A stretch of DNA of 64,000 nt. Origin: Eledone cirrhosa (Eukaryota). The DNA lies in the NCBI GenBank assembly GCA_964016885.1, contig OZ024741.1:237956001-238020000 (forward strand). The letters run 5' to 3'. The first letter of the stretch is position 1. Each line of letters begins with the position of its first letter. The notes under the pieces are model-generated. The model had not been told where the DNA came from. It worked only from the letters and a program-made list of their open reading frames with translations, and did no database searches. This document shows, piece by piece, positions 36,916 to 49,153 of the stretch. Both the position numbers and the translations under genes were made by a program.

Positions 36916-37824
36916 CATCATCATCATCATCATCATCATCATTTTACGTCCGCTTTTCCCTGCTTGCAAGGGTGGGACGGGTCTTATTCAGCACAGCATC
37001 TCTCCACTCGTCACGGTCCCTCGTCATCTCCACCGTGAGCTTCAATGATCTGAGGTCTGTTCTCACCACCTCCGCCCATGTTTTTCGTGGTCTACCTCTA
37101 CCACGTGTTCCTTCAACTGGCATTTCCTGGCACTTCTTCACCCATCGGTCATCCTCCATGCGCATCACATGTCCATACCACCTCAGTCTCCTCTCCCGTA
37201 CACTACATTCTATCCCTCTCAGACACAGTTTCTCTCTCAACACATTTATGCTGGGTCGTTCACGCACATTTACACTGCACATCCAACGGAGCATGCTTGC
37301 CTCATTTCTCTCCAGCCGTCGCATATCCTCTGCAGTTGCTGCCCATGTCTCGCTACCATGCAGCATCGCGCTCCTCACACAGGCATCATACAACCGGCCT
37401 TTCGTACGCAAGGAGAAACCCTTCTTCGTCAACAGAGGAAGCAGCTCCTTAAACTTCTTCCAACCCGTCCTTATTCTAGATACTATGGCCTCGGAACACC
37501 CTCCTCACATGCTAATCTGATCTCCTAGGTACCGGAAGCTATCCACCACTTCTATAGCGCCCTCTTGCATTTGTAAAATGTGTCTATCAGTGCGACTTCT
37601 ACTGTCTAATTTCCCTGTACATCTACTGCATACATATTTCTCCCTACCTGTTAGTTTGCCTGCTATCCCGCTACATCTCTTGTGTACCCAGGATCTGCAT
37701 TGTGTGCATTTTATAGAATTTATGCCAGTTCCTTTTCTGCATATCGAACATGGCCATTTCCCTGACGGAATCAGGGTTTTGTCCTCTTTTCTATTCATCA
37801 ACACTTTTGTCTTAGCTAGATTCA

Positions 37825-37827
<3 letters not shown>
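36916..37827 (-). mobile_element. Young 5'-truncated RTE-clade LINE (RT C-terminal part with PHD-type finger) with (TGA)n tail
   Basis: ORFs 37825-37505 and 37432-36944 are in the same frame, split by a single TGA at 37507-37505. Motifs are NLAKTKVL, VDSFRYLG, LHGSETW, RRLRWYGHVMRM and GTRGRGRPRKTW. The tail reads (TCA)n at 36916-36941 on the + strand. Confidence 0.93.

Positions 37828-37896
<69 letters not shown>
37828..37896. repeat. (TA)n microsatellite between the RTE 5' truncation and the inverted-repeat arm
   Basis: Read directly from the sequence. Confidence 0.97.
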
Positions 37897-37899
<3 letters not shown>

Positions 37900-38315
37900 G
37901 TTTGATAAGGATTAAAGAATACATGAAAGAAAAATATTGTAATTGATTTAAGTGAATGGAAAATGTAATAGTGCCATGGCTGGAGTGGCAACAGAGCGAT
38001 GATCAAAGATAATCAAGGATTCAAGCATTTTTACATAGAGTGTTTTAATCAAGGACTCATTAAATTAGATATTTTTTTTACTATAAACCACATCATTTTT
38101 TAATAGGGGAGATTGGCAGTATCGGTAGAGGGTCGGACGCCATGCTTTGCAGCACAGTTACGTCCCTTTACGGACTGAGTTCAAATCCCGCCGAGGTTAA
38201 CTTTGCCTTTCATCCTTACGGGGTCGATAAAATAAAGTACCAGTAATACACTGGGATAATTGCTGGCCTTGTGCCAAAAGTAGAAACAATTATTATAAAT
38301 ATACTAATATGTATA

Positions 38316-38354
<39 letters not shown>

Positions 38355-38444
38355 GCATACACACATATATGTAAAGATATAGATATATATATACATCAGA
38401 TTTCTATAGCTGGACACCATTTCTATCCCCAACCAATTTACAGA

Positions 38445-38460
<16 letters not shown>
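37894..38460. repeat. Right arm of the long inverted duplication, interrupted by a SINE
   Basis: Reverse complement of 35620-36013. The SINE sits where the left arm has about 20 bp of other sequence. Confidence 0.9.
38108..38297 (+). mobile_element. Near full-length tRNA-derived SINE (family A); central domain resembles the MetaSINE-type conserved domain (from recall)
   Basis: A-box-like TGGCAGTATCGG, B-box GAGTTCAAATCC, central GCCTTTCATCCTTACGGGGTCGATAAAATAAAGTACCAG and an (ATT)n tail. At least 7 related copies occur in the window. Confidence 0.88.
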
Positions 38461-38514
<54 letters not shown>

Positions 38515-38550
38515 GTATATGTATAATAAATATAAATATATATATATATA

Positions 38551-38940
38551 TGTATATGTATAATAAAGCCAAAACAATGCAGGTATGGACATAGAATAAA
38601 GAATGCAAATGCAAAAGTTATTGTTGACAATTAGTCTTTTACCTTAGATTTATTTAAATGTCCTTAATTTTCGAGATAATATCTCTTCTTCGGAGGGAAG
38701 TAAAGCGGTTAAACCAGTGTTCTAAATAGCTTGCCATTTCCTGTCAGCATGACTTGGCAAGCTATTTAGAACACTGGTTTAACCGCTATTCTTCCCTCCG
38801 AAGAAGAGATATTATCTAAAAAATTAAGGACATTTAAATAAATCTAAGGTAAAAGACTAATTGTCAACAATATCTTTTGCATTTGCATTCTTTATTCTAT
38901 GTCCATACCTGCATTGTTTTGGCTTTATTATACATATACA
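38551..38940. mobile_element. 390-bp hairpin element, probably inverted Penelope-like pseudo-LTRs (alternatively a MITE)
   Basis: Arms 38551-38736 and 38755-38940 (186 bp each, about 5 mismatches) surround an 18-nt loop. Each arm has a hammerhead-like core followed by AATAAA. Confidence 0.6.
38662..38697 (-). ncRNA. Minimal type I hammerhead-like motif
   Basis: The minus strand reads CCCT-CCGAAGA-A-GAGAT-ATT-ATCTC-GAA-AATT-A-AGG. The core has CCGA in place of CUGA, and stem I is only 3 bp. Confidence 0.4.
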
Positions 38941-38988
38941 AACGTTTATACCTCATTACACAATGCTTCAAGTGAACTATAACTTCCT

Positions 38989-39032
<44 letters not shown>

Positions 39033-39171
39033 CACCGGCATACCACCATGATTGCATAACTGCACCAATGATTGCGTAAGTATCTAACGAAGACACATGA
39101 ATAACCATGTAACAGAAATATATATAATGCAATAAACAATTATGGTGATATAATCCTGTCTTAACTACCGT

Positions 39172-39403
39172 TGTCAAAAATACAGTGAACCAGTAATTGG
39201 TCTTTTGGTAACTTGTATCCAATAACAACACTCTCTTTCTCTCTCTCTCTCTCTTTCTCACTCTCTCCCTCTTCTTATATATATATATATATATATATAT
39301 ATAAGAAGAGGTAGAGAGTGAGAAAGAGAAAGAGAGAAAGAGAGTGTTGTTATTGGATACAAGTTACCAAAAGACCAATTACTGGTTCACTGTATTTTTG
39401 ACA
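39172..39403. repeat. Palindrome with ~100-bp arms centred on a (TA)n tract
   Basis: TGTCAAAAATACAGTGAACC...CTCTTCT-(TA)n-AGAAGAG...GGTTCACTGTATTTTTGACA. Confidence 0.95.
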
Positions 39404-40089
39404 GAGAGAGTAACAAGGGATTACCTTTCCCCAGAACATTTTTGGAGTTTTATTAAACCTTGTCAGCAAAGCATTGACTTCATTATATTTACAGAAATAT
39501 AGATGCAGAAATCACTAACTAAATATACAATATTCTACATGAATAGGCAGGGAAATTTAGTATATTATATGGAATAAATTACTGAATAGTCTGCAGCATC
39601 CACTGAAAACAAACAACCAGGTCCATGCAAAGCTGATAAATTGCTTAGATATGAAATGCAGGTCCCCAAAGCTAGTAATAGGTTCCAGCTAGATGAGAAA
39701 TGAAGACTTCCAAAGCTAGCAATAAGTCCAGGTTAGATGTAAAATGTAGGCTCCATCATAAATTGTTCATTAGTATTTTAGTTATCAGTGCTAAATGTAC
39801 ATGATTTGTGTACAGGTTAAAGGTATATGTACATATAGTGTACATGATGTACTTACAAGTAATAGAAAAGAATATAAGAACTAAAACTGGAGGAGAGTAG
39901 TCCACCCACCTCAATACATCCCACATCCTGTTTTAGCCTAGAAACAGTACCATATCAGTATAGTTGTGAGTAACCATGAATCAGGATCTAGTACATCAGG
40001 TTATGAGGCCAGGAGCAAAGAGTAATTCACTGACCAATGACCAGAATGAAGAGATGCTTTGAGCCATTTAGTTATCTCCCTTTAAATTC

Positions 40090-40200
40090 TGTGATCCAAA
40101 TCCTGCTGGCAATTACTTTGCCTTTCTATCACCGTCTTAGGTTGATAAAACAAGTACCTGTCATTGACTGGGGACTGTTACCTCTTTAATATCCTGTAAT
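40090..40200 (+). mobile_element. Degraded SINE family A variant
   Basis: CAAATCCTGCTG...TTTGCCTTTC...GATAAAACAAGTACCTGTCATTGACTGGGACT. The 3' part is shared with 35435-35483. Confidence 0.6.
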
Positions 40201-40489
40201 AATTTAGCAGAAAATATCTAAAAAAAAACATGGTCTGTTAATTTAAATGTTTATAGTATGTTTACTAGTGGACAGACCATTATGAAAATTTTCAGTTTTA
40301 AAGTAAAGATTTTAATTTTTAATGTGATGCAGCCATAATGCTTTATTTGTACGTTTCAAGAGTGTTTTGCTAATACAGTTTCATGCGGAACAGGACATTA
40401 AGATTTAAGTCAACTTCTTGCTAAACAGATGGTGTTCTACCAAAGTTACAAGTTATTGTTATTGCTATTAGGGATGCTCCTGACGGCAG

Positions 40490-40625
40490 TAGACTGGCAG
40501 AATTGTTAGTGTCAGATGAAATGAATTGCAGTATTTCATTTTGGAGCTCTATGTTCTGGTTTCAAATCCTGCTGAGGTCGGCTTTTCCTTTCATCCTTCC
40601 AAGGTCAATGAAATAAAGTATCAGA
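40490..40625 (+). mobile_element. SINE family A, 3'-truncated
   Basis: GACTGGCAGAATTGTTAG head, TTCAAATCCTGCTGAGGTC and CCTTTCATCCTTCCAAGGTCAATGAAATAAAGTA. Confidence 0.75.
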
Positions 40626-40630
40626 TAAAT

Positions 40631-40862
40631 ACTTTCATTGACCTGGAGAAGGCATATGACCGTGTTCCTTGGGATCTACTCTGGAAGGCTGTGCAGGAGT
40701 ATGGGATCGATGGTCAGCTTCATGCTGCCCTGATGTCTCTATACGAATGCCTGAGTATTTGTGTTTGGATAAATGGTGAAACCATTCAATGTGGGAGTCG
40801 GACTTCGCCAAGGGTGCATACTGTCACCTCTCCTGTTCATTATTTACATGAACAGGATTGAC
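40631..40862 (+). pseudogene. Non-LTR (RTE-like) reverse transcriptase core fragment, frameshifted
   Basis: FIDLEKAYDRVPWDLLW..., then after a frameshift near 40780, FNVGVGLRQGCILSPLLFIIYM. Confidence 0.9.
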
Positions 40863-40874
40863 ATGCACACTGAG

Positions 40875-41385
40875 TGGGAAGTGGTAGTGTATGTGTGTGT
40901 GGGGAGTAGACATTAGTAGCATTGGTGGTGTGTGTGGCGGTGGTGGAGGAGGTAGTGTGTGTGTGGAGAGGATATTAGAGGTGTTGATGGTATGTCTGTG
41001 GTGGTGGAGGAGATAATAGTGTTGCTAGTGTATGTTGGTGGGTGTGTGTGTGGATATTAGTAGTGTTGGTGGTGTGTGGGGCGATATTAGTGTTTGTGGG
41101 GCATTAGAAGTGTTGTTGTTGGTTTGGTGTGTGGAGGGAGTGTTGCAGGTGTGTGTATGGGAGAGGAGATGCAATGTTAGTGGTGGTGGTGAGGGGGGAG
41201 ATATCAGTGTTGTTGTAGGTGCATTAGTAGTGTTGTTGTTGGTGATGTATGTGTGGAGTATTGGTGATGGTATTAGCAGTGGTGTGGGGGGCATTAGTAG
41301 TGTTGGTGATGGTGTGTGTGGTAATAGTAGTGTGTGTAGAGTATTAGTAGTAGTGTTGGTGGTGTGCGTAGTAATAGTATTGTTG
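40875..41385. repeat. Degenerate G/T-rich lead-in to the 41-bp array
   Basis: Irregular repeats of ATTAGTAGTGTTGGTGGTGTGTGT grade into the regular unit. Confidence 0.7.
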
Positions 41386-44300
41386 CTGTTGTTGTTGTTG
41401 GTGTGTGTGCAAGCAGGATGATAGTGGTGGTGTTGTTGTTGGTGTGTGTGCAAGCAGGATAATAGTGGTGGTGTTGTTGTTGGTGTGTGTGTATGCAGGA
41501 TGATAGTGGTGGTGTTGTTGTTGGTGTGTGTGCAAGCAGGATGATAGTGGTGGTGTTGTTGTTGGTGTGTGTGTGTATGCAGGATGATAGTGGTGGTGTT
41601 GTTGTTGGTGTGTGTGTATGCAGGATGATAGTGGTGGTGTTGTTGTTGGTGTGTGTGTATGCAGGATGATAGTGGTGGTGTTGTTGTTGGTGTGTGTGTA
41701 TGCAGGATGATAGTGGTGGTGTTGTTGTTGGTGTGTGTGCAAGCAGGATAATAGTGGTGGTGTTGTTGTTGGTGTGTGTGTGTATGCAGGATGATAGTGG
41801 TGGTGTTGTTGTTGGTGTGTGTGTATGCAGGATGATAGTGGTGGTGTTGTTGTTGGTGTGTGTGCATGCAGGATGATAGTGGTGGTGTTGTTGTTGGTGT
41901 GTGTGTGTGCAGGATGATAGTGGTGGTGTTGTTGTTGGTGTGTGTGTATGCAGGATGATAGTGGTGGTGTTGTTGTTGGTGTGTGTGCAAGCAGGATGAT
42001 AGTGGTGGTGTTGTTGTTGGTGTGTGTGCAAGCAGGATGATAGTGGTGGTGTTGTTGTTGGTGTGTGTGTGTATGCAGGATGATAGTGGTGGTGTTGTTG
42101 TTGGTGTGTGTGTATGCAGGATGGTAGTGGTGGTGTTGTTGTTGGTGTGTGTGTATGCAGGATGATAGTGGTGGTGTTGTTGTTGGTGTGTGTGTATGCA
42201 GGATGATAGTGGTGGTGTTGTTGTTGGTGTGTGTGTATGCAGGATGATAGTGGTGGTGTTGTTGTTGGTGTGTGTGTATGCAGGATGATAGTGGTGGTGT
42301 TGTTGTTGGTGTGTGTGTATGCAGGATGATAGTGGTGGTGTTGTTGTTGGTGTGTGTGTATGCAGGATGATAGTGGTGGTGTTGTTGTTGGTGTGTGTGT
42401 ATGCAGGATGATAGTGGTGGTGTTGTTGTTGGTGTGTGTGCAAGCAGGATGATAGTGGTGGTGTTGTTGTTGGTGTGTGTGTATGCAGGATGATAGTGGT
42501 GGTGTTGTTGTTGGTGTGTGTGTATGCAGGATGATAGTGGTGGTGTTGTTGTTGGTGTGTGTGCAAGCAGGATAATAGTGGTGGTGTTGTTGGTGTGTGT
42601 GCAAGCAGGATAATAGTGGTGGTGTTGTTGTTGGTGTGTGTGTATGCAGGATGATAGTGGTGGTGTTGTTGGTGTGTGTGCAAGCAGGATAATAGTGGTG
42701 GTGTTGTTGTTGGTGTGTGTGTATGCAGGATGATAGTGGTGGTGTTGTTGTTGGTGTGTGTGTATGCAGGATGATAGTGGTGGTGTTGTTGTTGGTGTGT
42801 GTGTATGCAGGATGATAGTGGTGGTGTTGTTGTTGGTGTGTGTGTATGCAGGTTAATAGTGGTGGTGTTGTTGTTGGTGTGTGTGTATGCAGGATGATAG
42901 TGGTGGTGTTGTTGGTGTGTGTGCAAGCAGGATAATAGTGGTGGTGTTGTTGTTGGTGTGTGTGTATGCAGGATGATAGTGGTGGTGTTGTTGTTGGTGT
43001 GTGTGTATGCAGGATGATAGTGGTGGTGTTGTTGTTGGTGTGTGTGTATGCAGGTTAATAGTGGTGGTGTTGTTGTTGGTGTGTGTGTATGCAGGATGAT
43101 AGTGGTGGTGTTGTTGGTGTGTGTGCAAGCAGGATAATAGTGGTGGTGTTGTTGTTGGTGTGTGTGTATGCAGGATGATAGTGGTGGTGTTGTTGGTGTG
43201 TGTGCAAGCAGGATGATAGTGGTGGTGTTGTTGTTGGTGTGTGTGTATGCAGGATGATAGTGGTGGTGTTGTTGGTGTGTGTGCAAGCAGGATAATAGTG
43301 GTGGTGTTGTTGTTGGTGTGTGTGTATGCAGGATGATAGTGGTGGTGTTGTTGTTGGTGTGTGTGTATGCAGGATGATAGTGGTGGTGTTGTTGTTGGTG
43401 TGTGTGTATGCAGGATGATAGTGGTGGTGTTGTTGTTGGTGTGTGTGTATGCAGGTTAATAGTGGTGGTGTTGTTGTTGGTGTGTGTGTATGCAGGATGA
43501 TAGTGGTGGTGTTGTTGGTGTGTGTGCAAGCAGGATAATAGTGGTGGTGTTGTTGTTGGTGTGTGTGTATGCAGGATGATAGTGGTGGTGTTGTTGTTGG
43601 TGTGTGTGTATGCAGGATGATAGTGGTGGTGTTGTTGTTGGTGTGTGTGTATGCAGGATGATAGTGGTGGTGTTGTTGTTGGTGTGTGTGTATGCAGGAT
43701 GATAGTGGTGGTGTTGTTGTTGGTGTGTGTGTGTATGCAGGATGATAGTGGTGGTGTTGTTGTTGGTGTGTGTGTATGCAGGATGATAGTGGTGGTGTTG
43801 TTGTTGGTGTGTGTGTATGCAGGATAATAGTGGTGGTGTTGTTGTTGGTGTGTGTGTATGCAGGATGATAGTGGTGGTGTTGTTGTTGGTGTGTGTGTAT
43901 GCAGGATGATAGTGGTGGTGTTGTTGTTGGTGTGTGTGTATGCAGGTTAATAGTGGTGGTGTTGTTGTTGGTGTGTGTGTATGCAGGATGATAGTGGTGG
44001 TGTTGTTGGTGTGTGTGCAAGCAGGATAATAGTGGTGGTGTTGTTGTTGGTGTGTGTGTATGCAGGATGATAGTGGTGGTGTTGTTGTTGGTGTGTGTGT
44101 ATGCAGGATGATAGTGGTGGTGTTGTTGTTGGTGTGTGTGTATGCAGGATGATAGTGGTGGTGTTGTTGTTGGTGTGTGTGTATGCAGGATGATAGTGGT
44201 GGTGTTGTTGTTGGTGTGTGTGTGTATGCAGGATGATAGTGGTGGTGTTGTTGTTGGTGTGTGTGTATGCAGGATGATAGTGGTGGTGTTGTTGTTGTTG

Positions 44301-47225
44301 GTGTGTGTGCATGCAGGATGATAGTGGTGGTGTTGTTGTTGGTGTGTGTGTATGCCGGATGATAGTGGTGGTGTTGTTGTTGGTGTGTGTGTGTATGCAG
44401 GATGATAGTGGTGGTGTTGTTGTTGGTGTGTGTGTATGCAGGATGATAGTGGTGGTGTTGTTGTTGGTGTGTGTGCAAGCAGGATGATAGTGGTGGTGTT
44501 GTTGTTGGTGTGTGTGTGTATGCAGGATGATAGTGGTGGTGTTGTTGTTGGTGTGTGTGTATGCAGGATGATAGTGGTGGTGTTGTTGTTGGTGTGTGTG
44601 TGTATGCAGGATGATAGTGGTGGTGTTGTTGTTGGTGTGTGTGTAAGCAGGATGATAGTGGTGGTGTTGTTGTTGGTGTGTGTGTGTATGCAGGATAATA
44701 GTGGTGGTGTTGTTGTTGGTGTGTGTGTATGCAGGATGATAGTGGTGGTGTTGTTGTTGGTGTGTGTGTGTATGCAGGATGATAGTGGTGGTGTTGTTGT
44801 TGGTGTGTGTGTATGCAGGATGATAGTGGTGGTGTTGTTGTTGTTGGTGTGTGTGCATGCAGGATGATAGTGGTGGTGTTGTTGTTGGTGTGTGTGTATG
44901 CCGGATGATAGTGGTGGTGTTGTTGTTGGTGTGTGTGCAAGCAGGATGATAGTGGTGGTGTTGTTGTTGGTGTGTGTGTGTATGCAGGATGATAGTGGTG
45001 GTGTTGTTGTTGGTGTGTGTGTATGCAGGATGATAGTGGTGGTGTTGTTGTTGGTGTGTGTGCAAGCAGGATGATAGTGGTGGTGTTGTTGTTGGTGTGT
45101 GTGTGTATGCAGGATGATAGTGGTGGTGTTGTTGTTGGTGTGTGTGTATGCAGGATGATAGTGGTGGTGTTGTTGTTGGTGTGTGTGTGTATGCAGGATG
45201 ATAGTGGTGGTGTTGTTGTTGGTGTGTGTGTAAGCAGGATGATAGTGGTGGTGTTGTTGTTGGTGTGTGTGTGTATGCAGGATAATAGTGGTGGTGTTGT
45301 TGTTGGTGTGTGTGTATGCAGGATGATAGTGGTGGTGTTGTTGTTGGTGTGTGTGTAAGCAGGATGATAGTGGTGGTGTTGTTGTTGGTGTGTGTGTGTA
45401 TGCAGGATAATAGTGGTGGTGTTGTTGTTGGTGTGTGTGTATGCAGGATGATAGTGGTGGTGTTGTTGTTGGTGTGTGTGTGTATGCAGGATGATAGTGG
45501 TGGTGTTGTTGTTGGTGTGTGTGTAAGCAGGATGATAGTGGTGGTGTTGTTGTTGGTGTGTGTGTATGCAGGATGGTAGTGGTGGTGTTGTTGTTGGTGT
45601 GTGTGTATGCAGGATGATAGTGGTGGTGTTGTTGTTGGTGTGTGTGCAAGCAGGATGATAGTGGTGGTGTTGTTGTTGGTGTGTGTGCATGCAGGATGAT
45701 AGTGGTGGTGTTGTTGTTGGTGTGTGTGTATGCAGGATGATAGTGGTGGTGTTGTTGTTGGTGTGTGTGCAAGCAGGATGATAGTGGTGGTGTTGTTGTT
45801 GGTGTGTGTGTATGCAGGATAATAGTGGTGGTGTTGTTGTTGGTGTGTGTGTATGCAGGATGGTAGTGGTGGTGTTGTTGTTGGTGTGTGTGTATGCAGG
45901 ATGATAGTGGTGGTGTTGTTGTTGGTGTGTGTGTATGCAGGATGATAGTGGTGGTGTTGTTGTTGGTGTGTGTGTATGCAGGATGATAGTGGTGGTGTTG
46001 TTGTTGGTGTGTGTGCAAGCAGGATGATAGTGGTGGTGTTGTTGTTGGTGTGTGTGTATGCAGGATAATAGTGGTGGTGTTGTTGTTGGTGTGTGTGTAT
46101 GCAGGATGGTAGTGGTGGTGTTGTTGTTGGTGTGTGTGTATGCAGGATGATAGTGGTGGTGTTGTTGTTGGTGTGTGTGTATGCAGGTTAATAGTGGTGG
46201 TGTTGTTGTTGGTGTGTGTGTATGCAGGATGATAGTGGTGGTGTTGTTGGTGTGTGTGCAAGCAGGATAATAGTGGTGGTGTTGTTGTTGGTGTGTGTGT
46301 ATGCAGGATGATAGTGGTGGTGTTGTTGTTGGTGTGTGTGTATGCAGGTTAATAGTGGTGGTGTTGTTGTTGGTGTGTGTGTATGCAGGATGATAGTGGT
46401 GGTGTTGTTGGTGTGTGTGCAAGCAGGATAATAGTGGTGGTGTTGTTGTTGGTGTGTGTGTATGCAGGATGATAGTGGTGGTGTTGTTGTTGGTGTGTGT
46501 GTATGCAGGATGATAGTGGTGGTGTTGTTGTTGGTGTGTGTGTATGCAGGATGATAGTGGTGGTGTTGTTGTTGGTGTGTGTGTATGCAGGTTAATAGTG
46601 GTGGTGTTGTTGTTGGTGTGTGTGCAAGCAGGATAATAGTGGTGGTGTTGTTGGTGTGTGTGCAAGCAGGATAATAGTGGTGGTGTTGTTGTTGGTGTGT
46701 GTGTATGCAGGATGATAGTGGTGGTGTTGTTGTTGGTGTGTGTGTATGCAGGTTAATAGTGGTGGTGTTGTTGTTGGTGTGTGTGTATGCAGGATGATAG
46801 TGGTGGTGTTGTTGGTGTGTGTGCAAGCAGGATAATAGTGGTGGTGTTGTTGTTGGTGTGTGTGTATGCAGGATGATAGTGGTGGTGTTGTTGTTGGTGT
46901 GTGTGTATGCAGGATGATAGTGGTGGTGTTGTTGTTGGTGTGTGTGTATGCAGGATGATAGTGGTGGTGTTGTTGTTGGTGTGTGTGTATGCAGGATGAT
47001 AGTGGTGGTATTGTTGTTGGTGTGTGTGTATGCAGGATGATAGTGGTGGTGTTGTTGTTGGTGTGTGTGTATGCAGGATGATAGTGGTGGTGTTGTTGTT
47101 GGTGTGTGTGTATGCAGGATGATAGTGGTGGTGTTGTTGTTGGTGTGTGTGTATGCAGGATGATAGTGGTGGTGTTGTTGTTGGTGTGTGCAAGCAGGAT
47201 AATAGTGGTGGTGTTGTTGTTGGTG
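41386..47225. repeat. 41-bp minisatellite GGTGTGTGTG(T/C)A(T/A)GCAGGATGATAGTGGTGGTGTTGTTGTT, about 140 copies
   Basis: AGGATGATAG occurs at 42241, 42282 and onward. Variants of 38, 43 and 44 bp arise from GTT or GT slippage. Confidence 0.98.
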
Positions 47226-47344
47226 GAGTTAATGATGATTCACACTGTCTCAGTTGTAACAGAAAACAACATTTGTCTCAAATTAAGTTGTAAGTTGAAG
47301 CCATCTTTACTGGTATGTAAATGTGTGTAGTGAGTGTATGTGTG

Positions 47345-47571
47345 TGTGAGTGTGTGTAAATGTAAGGTATGTTTGTGGTGTATATATATATATATGTGTG
47401 TGTGTAAATGTAAGGTATGTTTGTGGTGTATATATATATATATGTGTGTGTGTAAATGTAAGGTATGTTTGTGGTGTATATATATATATATGTGTGTGTG
47501 TAAATGTAAGGTATGTTTGTGGTGTATATATATATATATATATATGTGTGTAAATGTAAGGTATGTTTGTG

Positions 47572-47617
<46 letters not shown>

Positions 47618-47637
47618 AAATGTAAGGTATGTTTGTG

Positions 47638-47701
<64 letters not shown>

Positions 47702-47967
47702 AAATGTAAGGTATGTTTGTGGTGTATATATATATATGTGTGTGTGTAAATGTAAGGTATGTTTGAGGTGTATATATATATATATATATATGTGTGTGTA
47801 AATGTAAGGTATGTTTGTGGTGTATATATATATATATATGTGTGTGTAAATGTAAGGTATGCTTGTGGTGTATATATATACATATATGTGTGTGTGTAAA
47901 TGTAAGGTATGTTTGTGGTGTATATATATATATATATGTGTGTGTGTAAATGTAAGGTAAGTTTGTG

Positions 47968-48021
<54 letters not shown>

Positions 48022-48281
48022 AAATGTAAGGTATGTTTGTGGTGTATATATATATATATGTGTGTGTGTAAATGTAAGGTATGTTTGTGGTGTATATATA
48101 TATATATATATATGTGTGTGTAAATGTAAAGTATGTTTGTGGTGTATATATATATATATGTGTGTGTAAATGTAAGGTATGTTTGTGGTGTATATATATA
48201 TATATATGTGTGTGTAAATGTAAGGTATGTTTGTGGTGTATATATATATATGTGTGTGTGTAAATGTAAGGTATGTTTGTG

Positions 48282-48321
<40 letters not shown>

Positions 48322-48587
48322 AAATGTAAGGTATGTTTGTGGTGTATATATATATATATGTGTGTGTGTAAATGTAAGGTATGTTTGTGGTGTATATATA
48401 TATATATATGTGTGTGTAAATGTAAGGTATGTTTGTGGTATATATATATATATATATGTGTGTGTAAATGTAAGGTATGTTTATGGTGTATATATATATA
48501 TATGTGTGTGTGTGTAAATGTAAGGTATGTTTGTGGTGTATATATATATATATATATATGTGTGTGTAAATGTAAGGTATGTTTGTG

Positions 48588-48647
<60 letters not shown>

Positions 48648-48715
48648 AAATGTAAGGTATGTTTGTGGTGTATATATATATATATGTGTGTGTGTAAATG
48701 TAAGGTATGTTTGTG

Positions 48716-48759
<44 letters not shown>

Positions 48760-48874
48760 AAATGTAAGGTATGTTTGTGGTATATATATATATATATGTG
48801 TGTGTAAATGTAAGGTATGTTTGTGGTGTATATATATATATATATGTGTGTGTAAATGTAAGGTATGTTTGTGG

Positions 48875-48907
<33 letters not shown>

Positions 48908-49122
48908 AAATGTAAGGTATGTTTGTGGTGTATATATATATATATATATGTGTGTGTGTAAATGTAAGGTATGTTTGTGGTGTATATATATATATATGTG
49001 TGTGTAAATGTAAGGTATGTTTGTGGTGTATATATATATATATGTGTGTGTGTAAATGTAAGGTATGTTTGTGGTGTATATATATATATATATGTGTGTG
49101 TAAATGTAAGGTATGTTTGTGG

Positions 49123-49153
<31 letters not shown>

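Noticed and set aside
38108-38200. tRNA gene
   Set aside because: A and B boxes are present but there is no cloverleaf, and the sequence continues into the SINE core and tail.
39645-39755. ~43-bp repeat, about 2.5 copies (CCAAAGCTAG)
   Set aside because: It is an ordinary small degenerate tandem duplication.
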